NCBI GenBank assembly: GCA_030265395.1
Contig: JARFYF010000112.1
Span: 68,533,887 to 68,590,166, forward strand
Reading direction: 5' to 3'
Source of the DNA: Rhina ancylostomus
Lineage: Eukaryota
Length of the DNA: 56,280 bases
The notes under the pieces were generated by a model. That model saw only the letters and a list, made by a program, of their open reading frames with translations, was not told the DNA's origin and ran no database searches. A program made the translations under genes and the position numbers. Shown here piece after piece: positions 39,501 through 49,279 of this stretch. How positions within the stretch are numbered: position 1 is the stretch's first letter; every line of letters starts with the position of its first letter.

Positions 39501-40563
39501 GCCAATTCAATTGAAAAAGCCTTGACAAGTTGCTGCAGTGTAATTTGTGGATGGTAGAGGTGTTGAATTTCTTGGATATTGTTGGACAACAGTAGGCCTA
39601 CAGTTAGAATATTTCTTTACTGAAAAAATCCTGACATATTTCCTTTTCCAGAGTCTGTGCCCACCTGTGTAAACATAGCAAGTGGGCAGCTTCAGACTCA
39701 GTGCATGTTTCCTAAAATATGTAACACTCTCTGTTCACACAGAGTGATGTACTGCAAAATTTGGTGCTGAGTGCCCTGGGAAATGAATACTTGAGGCAAT
39801 TAACGATTAACATGATGTAATACATCCACGAGTCATCCGCAAGGATTATTGAACTTGTGAAAGAATGTCACCAGAACAATATTGAACTTCCCATATTAAT
39901 CTCAGGGACATGCACAGCAAGGCATGTCCCACCCTTGCACCCGCCCCTCCCCTCCCCCCAATAACTGGCAAGCACATTTAACAGTGTATGCATATACACG
40001 TGGACTAAGTGACTGTTTAAAGTGCCTCTCCAAAAGTGGTGATATTTAAATCTGTACACACCTTCCAGTTATGCTGCAAATCTTATGGTACTCCAATGAT
40101 TGGAAAGTAACCACAAAATTGATCTGAGTGTTTCAGGTGAAAGCCTTTCAGCTTACTGCCTTCCTTAACAGAACTGAACTCAGTGTCCTGATGTCAACCA
40201 TTTTCTCAACAGTTTCTTCCAGCAGCTGTTAACCACTTCATGTGAAGTCTGGGAATCCAGGCACTGATCTGAACTTTCCCATCTCATCCATGAACTGGGC
40301 TGACCCATCGGGAAGTACTTGATTTGCATTCACTATCTCTTTAACCATATAATTCACTTCTGAGCCACCTCTTTTCAAGGCTGCAGATGACCAACTTACA
40401 ATGTAAAAGCTACAGAGAACTCTCTGCAATCATACATAATTCTCACGTTCATATTTGCAAGTAAGCACTTACCTGAGAAATCTGGAGCAGCTTCAAACTG
40501 AGCACATAGGTAAAACCAAGTCACTGTAGCAAATGCAAGTCTAAACTGTTTCAATGCAGTCAT
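24230..40563 (-). CDS. EVA1CL: Protein eva-1 homolog C-like (signal peptide, 2 SUEL lectin domains, EVA1 TM domain); 8 exons, 414 aa
   Basis: Exons 40563-40473, 35765-35566, 34725-34602, 31380-31228, 29029-28886, 28797-28726, 26207-26115 and 24597-24230 join in frame (1245 nt), all GT-AG. Motifs DFSGYL.K.LQNHT, SAFYG, VNSRVFGPDPCPGTSKYL.VSFKC and PEKVALFF..GVC match the EVA1C family. The exact paralog name is inferred from synteny. Confidence 0.9.
26115..26207 (-). CDS. EVA1CL: EVA1C-like exon 7 (GWYNGPRMSMLYAKDVAIISSSLATLAHIR-G)
   Basis: tgcag|GTGGC...AGGG|gtacgt; 93 nt; start of the EVA1 domain. Confidence 0.88.
27170..27560. repeat. Degenerate purine-rich minisatellite-like array
   Basis: Recurrent variants of (ga)gatgatcactgg(g) with roughly 18-22 nt spacing. 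Confidence 0.5.
28726..28797 (-). CDS. EVA1CL: EVA1C-like exon 6 (VPTKLFEEAGQGPVKPFLISDYTH-G)
   Basis: ttcag|TTCCG...CACG|gtagga; 72 nt; follows an 88-nt intron. Confidence 0.85.
28886..29029 (-). CDS. EVA1CL: EVA1C-like exon 5 (CLSPSTLREVSSRCHGKQNCSITASVLSFGDPCIPGIRKQLNVSYTC)
   Basis: ttcag|AATGC...TGTG|gtaaat; 144 nt; FGDPC SUEL motif. Confidence 0.93.
30205..30620 (+). mobile_element. CR1 LINE 3' end
   Basis: YSLEFRRMRGDL.E.YKI..., F.TE..RIFSPQR.VNLWN.L; (tctatgtt)-like tail. Confidence 0.85.
31228..31380 (-). CDS. EVA1CL: EVA1C-like exon 4 (GHQSKLVCENEKLHLQCKKQTILVIYAASFGR...; SUEL 2, N-terminal half)
   Basis: ttcag|ATGGA...ATTG|gtgagc; 153 nt. Confidence 0.93.
31760..32070 (+). mobile_element. 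Decayed Deu-domain SINE (SacSINE/AmnSINE-like)
   Basis: cagtgcaatactgag..., ttgtggg.ttttgctgtgtacaagttgg, and the 3' end aaaggtgcaaataaatccaagtctttctt. Confidence 0.45.
32640..32900 (+). mobile_element. L2 LINE reverse transcriptase fragment
   Basis: LFLI.ML, DDIQL and I.S.MSRNFL.LNIG remnants. Confidence 0.55.
33767..33901. repeat. Perfect 66-bp tandem duplication
   Basis: Unit starts taaagcaagtccggcaaagc at 33767 and at 33833. Confidence 0.9.
34602..34725 (-). CDS. EVA1CL: EVA1C-like exon 3 (KVYDECQEQHSCQFSVNSRVFGPDPCPGTSKYLIVSFKCKP)
   Basis: aacag|AAA...CCTG|gtgagt; 124 nt. Confidence 0.93.
35566..35765 (-). CDS. EVA1CL: EVA1C-like exon 2 (YLxKILQNHTVHSCDGDRFSISCPPQTSISILSAFYGRRVP...; SUEL 1, N-terminal half)
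   Basis: actag|GCTAC...CCG|gtgggt; 200 nt including 3 N bases that keep the frame. Confidence 0.9.
36980..38730 (-). mobile_element. Decayed CR1/L2-group LINE ORF2 (AP endonuclease plus RT)
   Basis: LGELSH.LVKQQPDIVI..E.HLTDNVPDSSITIPGY, QNVLW.GDF.V.HQEW, SNLANY..I.SKV, LDI.A.FD.IWH, QGSILGP, ADDCT. Confidence 0.8.
39310..39560 (-). mobile_element. 3' end of a LINE family (related copies near 25390-25580 and 44960-45180)
   Basis: Shared aggccagc.ttta...taattccc.ttgaaaa.gtgg...cttcttgaactgctgcagt motif; FIVTGSKFWNSLPN. Confidence 0.6.
40473..40563 (-). CDS. EVA1CL: EVA1C-like exon 1 CDS (MTALKQFRLAFATVTWFYLCAQFEAAPDFS-G; signal peptide)
   Basis: ATG with an in-frame stop upstream; hydrophobic leader; TCAG|gtaagt donor. 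Confidence 0.85.
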
Positions 40564-40626
40564 ACCGAAGACTTCATAAGACTTGCGAGAGCTTGTAAAT
40601 TTTCATTCTGACTGGCAAATAATCAT
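40560..40626 (-). promoter_or_regulatory. Three chained upstream ORFs (7, 10 and 5 codons plus stop) linked by ATGA overlaps to the EVA1C-like ATG
   Basis: uORFs at 40626-40603, 40606-40574 and 40577-40560, read directly from the sequence; the transcription start site is unknown. Confidence 0.55.
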
Positions 40627-41761
40627 TTCAGTTTTTCTCTAATTTGGTGTCAGGCTCCCAGCAGCTGTGAGTGATCACGGGTAAACTAATGAGTTGGCAG
40701 CTTTCTATGGTAAGGACTGACTGTGGGCTGGTACATTGGATTCAACACCGACTTTTTGTTAGATATTAGATAATGGCAGCTGTTGATAAACACTGTCACA
40801 AGGCAGTTGTGCAGGCACATTCAATACAACCCTTTAGTGAAAGCACTTCTCACTGGAAAATTATAGAATGGAGAAAATCCATCCTCATGTACCTTGTCTG
40901 AGCTTCTGTCTGTGTGATAGTGAGCATTAGCAGCGGACTTAATCACAAGGATAACAGTTGAGCCTCAGTCCGCCACAATCACACACCCCATTACCACCAT
41001 ACCCCTCCTCTTTGAAATGTTCATATGTTTTTTAACATCTATAACAGCAGCTGCTTCAATGTGGCAGGACCAGAAAAGTTAAAGAATAGCATAGAACTCT
41101 CTGAGTGCAAAAGAGCCACCATTTCTTGCGATTTTTTTTTTTCCCTTTTATTGNNNNNNNNNNNNNNNNNNNNNNNNNNNNNNNNNNNNNNNNNNNNNNN
41201 NNNNNNNNNNNNNNNNNNNNNNNNNNNNNNNNNNNNNNNNNNNNNNNNNNNNNTTTTTTTCCCTTTTATTGCATTTTCTGGCATTTTTCTTCCTCTTCTT
41301 GAGACCATACTTGTGACAGATTTAAAGCTTTCCAATTATGTTGCAGGTGATCCTGAGGGTCTGAGCTGTATGAAAGTCAAGTGATTGCCCCTCTCAATCC
41401 CAGGTAAGCTCGGAATGTAGCCAAGCCCAGAAATCTTGGTGAATTAAAGGAGAGAGATCGAGGCAGACTGGTTATTAAGTATACTCTGGTTTATATATAA
41501 AAGTCTACAGAAGATACCAATTGGGGAAAAAAAATTCTATACATCCTAGTGGTTAAATTTATAGAGCCTATGGTTTCTTGTGATCAAACTACCTGAAAAT
41601 TAATATTCATATATTTGCATTCCATGATTGTTGTCCTCCATACCTCCGAAACCCTGTCTAACATCTCCACATCTCTGTCCATGAACATCTGTGCAACTGC
41701 TTGCTCCTTAATCCATTGAAGTCAGCTGCTAAATTTTCAGGCCAGAATTCCCTCTAAACAA

Positions 41762-41977
41762 GATCACAAGATAAGGGAGCAGAAGGCCATTTGGCCCATC
41801 GAGCCTGCTCCATGGAAATGGAAATGAGAAGGGAGAAGTGGCAGGAGGGGGGGGACAAATTAACCCCAATTTCCTTCCTTACCCCCATAACCCTTGATAC
41901 CTTGACTAATTAGATATCTGTCTATCTCCTCTTTAAATGTCCCCAATGGTCTGGCCTCCACTGCTGTACGTGGCAAA
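41762..41977 (-). mobile_element. CR1 3' UTR fragment
   Basis: ggagcagaaggccatttggcccatcgagcctgctcca, the reverse of a CR1 tail. Confidence 0.7.
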
Positions 41978-42288
41978 CCTTTGATCTCTCCAACCCTGTT
42001 CTCCTCAATTCCCTTCTTAACCTTTCCTTTGTTGGTTCAGCCAGTGAACATGTTAACTTAAGCTTCTATAGAGCACTTTGAAGGGGTTACTCATGTTAAA
42101 GGTGCTTTGGTGAGTCTGAACCCCATCTACAGATTTGATTCATGGTATATGATTCATATTTATGGAGTTATTTTGAAACAAGCTCAGCTTTCAATTATGA
42201 ATCTTCCTGGGTGGAAATGTAACAATTGCTTACAGACATTTAATACTCAACAATAGCATGGATTATTAAATACTATGTGCGGTAGCAT

Positions 42289-42540
42289 CGGGCAGCATGG
42301 TAGCACAGCGGTTAGCGCGATGCTATTACAGCGCCAGTGATCGAGGTTCAATTTCTGTTGCTGTCTGTAAGGAGTCTGTACGTTCTCCCGTGTCCACGTG
42401 GGTTTCCTCCGGGTGCTCTGGTTTCCTCCCACATTCTAATGACGTACGGGTAGGTTAACTTGGGGTTTAAAATGAGCAGCGTGGACTTGTTGGGCCAGGA
42501 AAGCCTATTACCACACTGTAAATAAAATTTAATTTTAAAA
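42289..42540 (+). mobile_element. V-SINE-type tRNA-derived SINE, relatively young
   Basis: A-box tggtagcacagcgg, B-box ggttcaattt, V-domain gggtttcctccgggtgctctggtttcctcccaca, A/T-rich tail; CpGs retained. Confidence 0.85.
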
Positions 42541-43559
42541 AATTAACCACAAGAAAATTTGGACATATTGTAGACAGTCTCCCAAGAGGAATTTCCTACA
42601 CATTTATTCTGCATGTTTATATGCTGATCAGGCATCACTTAATGGCTTACAACATACATTTATTAAACTGGATCCTGAACAGGAGGACTGGTACTTCAAA
42701 CAATTAATCCTTTTACCCAGTTGCAGTTTTGAGGTGAGAAAATTAATTGATAATCCATAGAAATCAGTCTTATCAAGGAACTGCCATTCCACATCAACCA
42801 TAAATGTTAAAAAGACAGGCAAGTTTAATTAGTCATTTTCCTCTGTTCCATTGCTGTTATGGCATGGTAGACAATTCATTTATTTTACATGATCTTTTTG
42901 CTCTTCTCACTTTGAAGCACATCCCATTTTCCAAATTATACACTTCCTTTTGCTAGCCTTACTACAAATCTTTGAGGCTGATGGACAGTATAGAAGAGCT
43001 TGGGTGCTTGCACATCCTAGTAAGGATTTAGTTGGGCAAGTTCCCAAATGCAGTCACTTGCTACACAGAATGAAGGTGGGGACTTGGGGAACAGTGGGAA
43101 TTCATTGGTAAACAAAGCAGAAAGCATCCTGTATTTTTAAAGTGAAGTTGTAATTAAGGTTATTGTAGTTGGAAGGAAGTAGATCAATTGTTTGTTGCAT
43201 TTTGCTAAAAGGTAATAGAAGGGTATCTTCAAAAATGGAGTTTAAGTGAGAATAGAACTGGATGAGCAGCCATTTAAAGTGAGATGATAAATAAAGTCAA
43301 GATGGTAATTTGGTAAGTGTGAGAATTTCCTGATTTCTACAATTCCTTTACTATGTGAAAATTCCATAACGGTTCCATAATCCCAACTGTAGGACTACAT
43401 TTGGCACCATGGGATTAGATATTTAAGGAACTGAACAGGCATTTCTGAAACTGTTGATGTGAAATCCGCTTTGCATGTGGTTCCCCTGAAGCCAGCGTCA
43501 GAGGAACATCCAAAAAATTGATGTCTTTGCAGCAGAGGAAGAGGAAAAAAATATATATA

Positions 43560-44560
43560 TTGGAGTACTCCTCCCTGGACCCAGGAGGCAGGGAGGAAGT
43601 TAAAGAGCAGAATCTCAAAAGGTGGCAAGATTAGATTAATGCCATGCACAAATGAATATAGGAACAGAAAGGGTTAACATAAGTGAACAGGAAAGGGATA
43701 ACAAGTGGCTGGAGAGAATGGTACAGGTTTTGGGGGTGGGGAGGTAGTGTGTGATTCAGGTTCCTGGGACAGGAATAAACTGGACAAGGTGAATAGTTCA
43801 CACATCAACAGGAGCTGGACTAATGAACTTGCAAGGTAGCTTACTAGTCCTGTGGATAGGTTATAAAAAGGTTAAAAGTGGGATGAACAAAAGGATAACG
43901 CTTCAGAGAGAGAGGGAGTTATAGCATTCACAGAGAAGTGAGAGTAAATGGCTTTGAAATATTAGTTCAGAAATCAGAGAAATGCTAAACCTGTCTTAGT
44001 CTTTGTAAGTGTTCGTACATCAATGCATAGAATGTGAAAGTAGAGACTCCTGGAGATATGGGAACACAAATATTTGGTGGTATGCAGGACAAATCAAGAA
44101 TTCTGTTAAAACACACACTGGTTCTAAAAGACAGGGATTAGGAAGGCTGCATAGAAAATTTACAAGAATGTTATTGAAATCCAGGACTCAGTTACATGGC
44201 ATTATTCCTTTTAGAGCAGAGAAGCTCAAGGATATTTGATCAATTTCAAAATCGCGAAGGGTTTTGAAAAGATAAATAAGTAGGAAATGTTTCCAGTGCC
44301 AGTATAGTCATAGCTAGGGAACATACTGTAGCTTTAATGTCACAGTCAGCAGAGACACGAGACAAACTATGCAGCATGCTCTGTTCTGGAATGATCTTCC
44401 TGAATGTTAATGAAAGCAGATTTAAAAATAACTTTCTGAAGAATTGGATAAATATACAGAGGCTAAAAAAAATAGGCACAGAGCAATGAGTTAAGACTAG
44501 GGGAGTAAAATTAATTGCACTGAATTAGCAAAGGCACAACACTGTGTCTTTGTGCTATCA
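43560..44560 (+). mobile_element. Collapsed CR1 LINE: ORF1 esterase remnant joined to the ORF2 3' end
   Basis: NKWLE.W...F, HINR.WTN.LA (ORF1-like), then RKFTRML...LE.RSS and WNDLPE (ORF2 end). Confidence 0.55.
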
Positions 44561-47007
44561 TGCTATGTGGATAATTCTCAAAAGAAAGACATTCTTTTCT
44601 ACACAAAAATAAATTTAAAATACGATAATAAATACCTCTACTTTAACAGTAGCATTTCATCAATTAAATGGAAACTACACTCGAGGCATCCTTCAGTCTT
44701 CTTTCCCTAGTCAGCAAAAAGGGAGGATAAAATGCTGACTCCTAACTCAGCCAATGTCAAAACTGTGTAGCATTTTAGCAAGGTCTACAGTGGAAGAATT
44801 TTCTGCAATGTTCCCAGTACACCCTGGGAATGATACAAACCAATAAAGGGACTATGTAATAAAGTGCAGGCTTATCATGTCTGTATGCATGCATCATTTT
44901 CAAAAAAAATTGGAAAACCTTTTATATACTTACTCAGAATGCTTTGAGTACTGTTGACAAGGTCAGCATCTAATTCTCACCCTATTTGCCCTTGAGAAGG
45001 TGAGCTGCTTTCTTGACCTGCTGGAGTGAAAATATTTCTGCTGTGTTGTTAGGTGGAGAATTCTCAGTTTTTAACCCATCGATGGCAAAGGATCTGCAAT
45101 ATATTTCCAGAACCAGATAGTGTGCAGCTTGGAGGGGAAGTTGTGAGGTGGGGCATTTCCATCCAGGACTACTTTCCATTACAGCTCTTACCATGATTAT
45201 TTCCTCATCCCAAAGACTGAAGAAGAATGGTTTTCAAACTGATTGCATTATATTTTATTTTCTTAACTCTTCATTTTTTTTAAAATTAGAAACAGGTTAC
45301 ATTGTATTAAGTTACAAGAAGATTCACACACTGCTTTCACAGTGCATATCATTAATAAAGAATTTACACAAACTACAGTACGATACTTTCATCAGCACAA
45401 CATCCCTAACATGTACTTTAGATTAAGTTCCAGCACCATCATCTGTCTCAAGACTTCGGTAAACAGCAGTCCTGTTTGGCCTAATCCATGTTCAGCCTAA
45501 TGCATCTGCCTGACATGTTGCCAAATATTGGTCAATTAGCACTGAAGTGTAAAGATATATTTCACACTAGCAGTCTGCAAGCATGCAGGGTTTGAGGGAG
45601 ATGGAAACAGAGGACTATAGAAGAAAAAAGCTTCCGCTGCTCTCCTAAATTCACCAACCAATATGTTTGTCCCCAGAATAAACTTGTAGTGCTTTATGTT
45701 GTTCAGAGATTTAGCTGCTTATTTCTAAAGAGAAAAGTAACTGCTGGATTAAATCCAGCAGACTGTGCTAGCAAACACATAAGAGGGGGAGGGAGGCTTG
45801 CGATGCATGCAGAGGTGATGACTCCTGGCTTTTGTTAAGAGAACCCAGTACCATGCTTTGAATTTATTTCTTCAATTTTACAAAAGTTGGAATAAAATTG
45901 TACATATAATTTTTCCCCCTTGCTTATGTCCCATCCCCAGTTTTCCGTGACCGTAATCTTTCTTTAGATTTAAAGAATTCCCAACAAAGCTGAAAAGTGA
46001 ACCATTCTTTTGCCATTCCTTATTCAGTCATAGCTCAGAGTACCATGAATAATCTAATCACTGCCTTTCAGTCAAATGTTGTGAATGGCAATTGCTGTTG
46101 CTCGAGATTATTATTGATTTGTCTGACAAAGTTTTGTTGTCACAATTCAAGATGAGACATTTGAAATGACTTCTTCAACACCATGTCTATCTTTAGTGGC
46201 TTTTGCTTCACTCAAAGCTTATCCGAATTTTCCATTGTTGTTGGACCAGGCTTTTAGCAAATCAATAGAAGAGGCTGAAACTGAGAGACAGAAAGAACTC
46301 AAAGTTGGAAATCTCAGCAGAGCTCTCTTGAGAGACATCCACAAATAAGATTCCCTCCTGTAAAAGCACTTTAATATATAGATTAAAAAAATTATCAACT
46401 GTATTGTAACATTTATCCATTCATATATTCTGCCTCTCAACCTATACTGGCCTATCGGAGGGGAGAAAGAGAGTTTCCAAGAATAGCAGTTCCTAGAATA
46501 CCGTGGTTCAAAACTCAAACCACTGGTGAGATGAAAGCACAGACTTGCACCAATTCCACAATACAATGCACCCAACAGGGAGCACAGATTGAAGCATCAG
46601 GGCTACAATGTTGTTGTCTTATCTCTAACCTGTCTGCTCCTTGAATGTGATTTTCCATTGATAGCATACGATTATGGGAATAGCCCTTATAATTCATGCA
46701 TCCAGAACTTTAACAATACAGTCGAGAAGGCAACTTCACCACCATATCAACTTGCACATCACTGCTTATTTACAAACTTGGCAGTGTTTCACAAGATACT
46801 TTCCAAATGCCAATGTTTATTTGAAATTATTGAAAGGTTATAGATACGTTATAAAACAACTGATTAATTGACTGTTTTTGGTCTTAGGATCTCCAAAGTT
46901 TTTTTTCCTCAAATGTTGTATACATTAAAGTACAAGCAAACAGTTTTAACAAACTGACACAGGCACAGTTTAACAACTTCCACTCTCATCTCCTCACTCT
47001 AAACCAC

Positions 47008-47451
47008 TCAACATGGACATGTACTCCTAGCACTTGACTGTGAAACATGAACTTTTCTATCTCTTTTGGGCATCTCCTGGAACGTCAATGTTTTTTGCGC
47101 TTTCAGCTTGCATGCAAGGGACATAAAAATGGATTCCACGTGGTCACTTTCTTTTGGATCTTTTGCTGACGTCTCAAACAAAAGCATGTTGTTGGCATCT
47201 GCAAAGCGGAGCGCTATGTTGGAAGATACCTGGATCTCGTTGGTGAGATCGCATTTGTTGCCGACCAGCACCCGGGGCACACTGGGCGAAACTGAGTGGT
47301 TGTTGCATTCTTGAATCCAAGCTTTCAGGTTTTCAAAGGAGGACAGTTTTGTTACATCATACACAAAAACCACAGCATGTACATTTCTGTAGTAGTGTTG
47401 TACCATACTTTTCCTGAATCGTTCTTGTCCAGCTGTATCCCAGACCTGAAT
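47008..47451 (-). CDS. RAB33A: Ras-related protein Rab-33A, terminal coding exon (exon 1 not found in the window)
   Basis: tttttag|ATT CAG GTC TGG...: [35 protein letters not shown]...GNKCDL...[27 protein letters not shown]...CPC*. DPKES, LAC.LKAQK and the CPC prenylation end match RAB33A rather than RAB33B. Confidence 0.93.
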   Translation of the reverse strand: MQVWDTAGQERFRKSMVQHYYRNVHAVVFVYDVTKLSSFENLKAWIQECNNHSVSPSVPRVLVGNKCDLTNEIQVSSNIALRFADANNMLLFETSAKDPKESDHVESIFMSLACKLKAQKTLTFQEMPKRDRKVHVSQSSARSTCPC

Positions 47452-49020
47452 CTAAAAATAAGGAAGAAAGAAGTTATAGGAAATGATGATAGAAGTAGCA
47501 TTATATACTTCACTGCTACAGTGTTCTCTTTTGAAAGAAGTGATCAATTTCCACAAATACCATCCAGTAGCTGATGTGAATGTATGGAAGTGGATGCTGG
47601 TGGGGGTAGGGGTGTGTATGGATATGGAGGTGAACCCCATAAGTACACAAGCACAGTCCCCGATTTTCCCTTACTTGCTTAGGTGAGAGAAATGGAATGT
47701 ANNNNNNNNNNNNNNNNNNNNNNNNNNNNNNNNNNNNNNNNNNNNNNNNNNNNNNNNNNNNNNNNNNNNNNNNNNNNNNNNNNNNNNNNNNNNNNNNNNN
47801 NGAATGTAACAAATACCATTGTTTCAGTAATGGCAATGGAGAAGAAAATCAAGGTCTAAACATCTCCCCAAAATTGCTCAAAGGATGCAAAATCAAATGA
47901 CTTTGAAAGGTTAATGGTGGTTACGGAAGGAAACATGGAAGGCATTTTACACTTAGTAAAGACTCTACAGAACAAAAAGCAATGAGGTGAACGTAAAACA
48001 GATGGTACAGGAAATGCTTAGTCAGTCGGTCAACATTTGTAGAAAGAGAAACAAAATTAACATTATAAATCAATTACCTGGCATCAGAACTGGATGATGT
48101 TGGAGATAAACAACTTTTAAGCAATAAATGAAATAAATACCCAGCTTGTTTTTGGCACTGACTTCAGAAAGGATGTTGGCTAAGCCGACAGGAAATTCTA
48201 CTCTGTGTAAGCATCCATCAGAATAATAAACATAGCACAGAATGAGGATCAAACATGCCCTTCCCTGTTAATACATTAATTAATTTTTTTGTTGTTTCAA
48301 AGTGACCATTGTGAACTTCTAGAAGCAAAATACTGGACAATCTGTGCCAGAGATCCTTGAAGTGAGAGTGCAGGTAGATCAGCCCTTCAAAAAAAAACCA
48401 ATAAAGTCTGGCATATAGAGATTGTAAAAGTAATGATACATTTGTAGAGTTAGGATATTTGGCATAGTTTTCACTGTCCATTATAGCAAGACATTAAAAC
48501 TATTGAATGTATGACAAAAATTTATCAGATTCACAGTGACAGAAGAATTACATATATGAGGAAAGACTGAAGATACCAGAGCCTTTTCCAATATAGCAAA
48601 AAAGGTAACAGCACATTTAATGAAAAGAAAGTGTTGCTGGATTTAATAGAGAATGGTTATTAGTGACGAGAGATTTGTCAAATTATTAAAGTTAGTGAGC
48701 ATAAAGGTTGGTACAAAGTTCAATAACCAAAATCCTGTTCTAGGTTATTGAATTAACTATACAGGCAACCTGCATTCTGTAATCCATTCCTGCAGTTAAC
48801 CCTTTTTGACTGAGTTACATGGTCCCTGAAGTTATTACTGCCATTTGGACCGTTGGTTCATCAAATTTTATTTTGAAAATTGTATTTTTCAATGATTCAA
48901 ACAGAGTATTGCAAGGCCTAAGAGACAAATCAACCAAAAGAGCAAAGGTACAAAGTTAGATATATTGGACAGCTTTGTGGCAAAGTGCAGGTCAATCAAT
49001 GTTTCAAATCTTAAGACCCC

Positions 49021-49139
49021 TCTTCAGGATTTAGAATTTATAGTCTCTGTAGTATTTTGGTTGTTGTTTTAGCAAAAAACTCCTCAGGACTTAGAATTTA
49101 TATCCTCTGTAGTATTGTGGTTATTATTTTAGCAAAAAC
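49021..49139. repeat. Diverged 60-bp tandem duplication
   Basis: tcttcaggatttagaatttatag... versus tcctcaggacttagaatttatat... Confidence 0.85.
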
Positions 49140-49279
49140 AAAAATCAGTAGTCCATGAAGGATTTCCATATAAAGTGCCATATGGATTTGATTCATCTTG
49201 TCCCGAGAATCTACAATAAATCTATATTCATGAAGTGAGAATCTTTTAAAAGTAAAAAAGTGAGAGCTCAACGTGAATG

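Noticed and set aside
42289-42360. tRNA gene
   Set aside because: The A and B boxes belong to a SINE head; there is no cloverleaf, and the V-SINE core follows.
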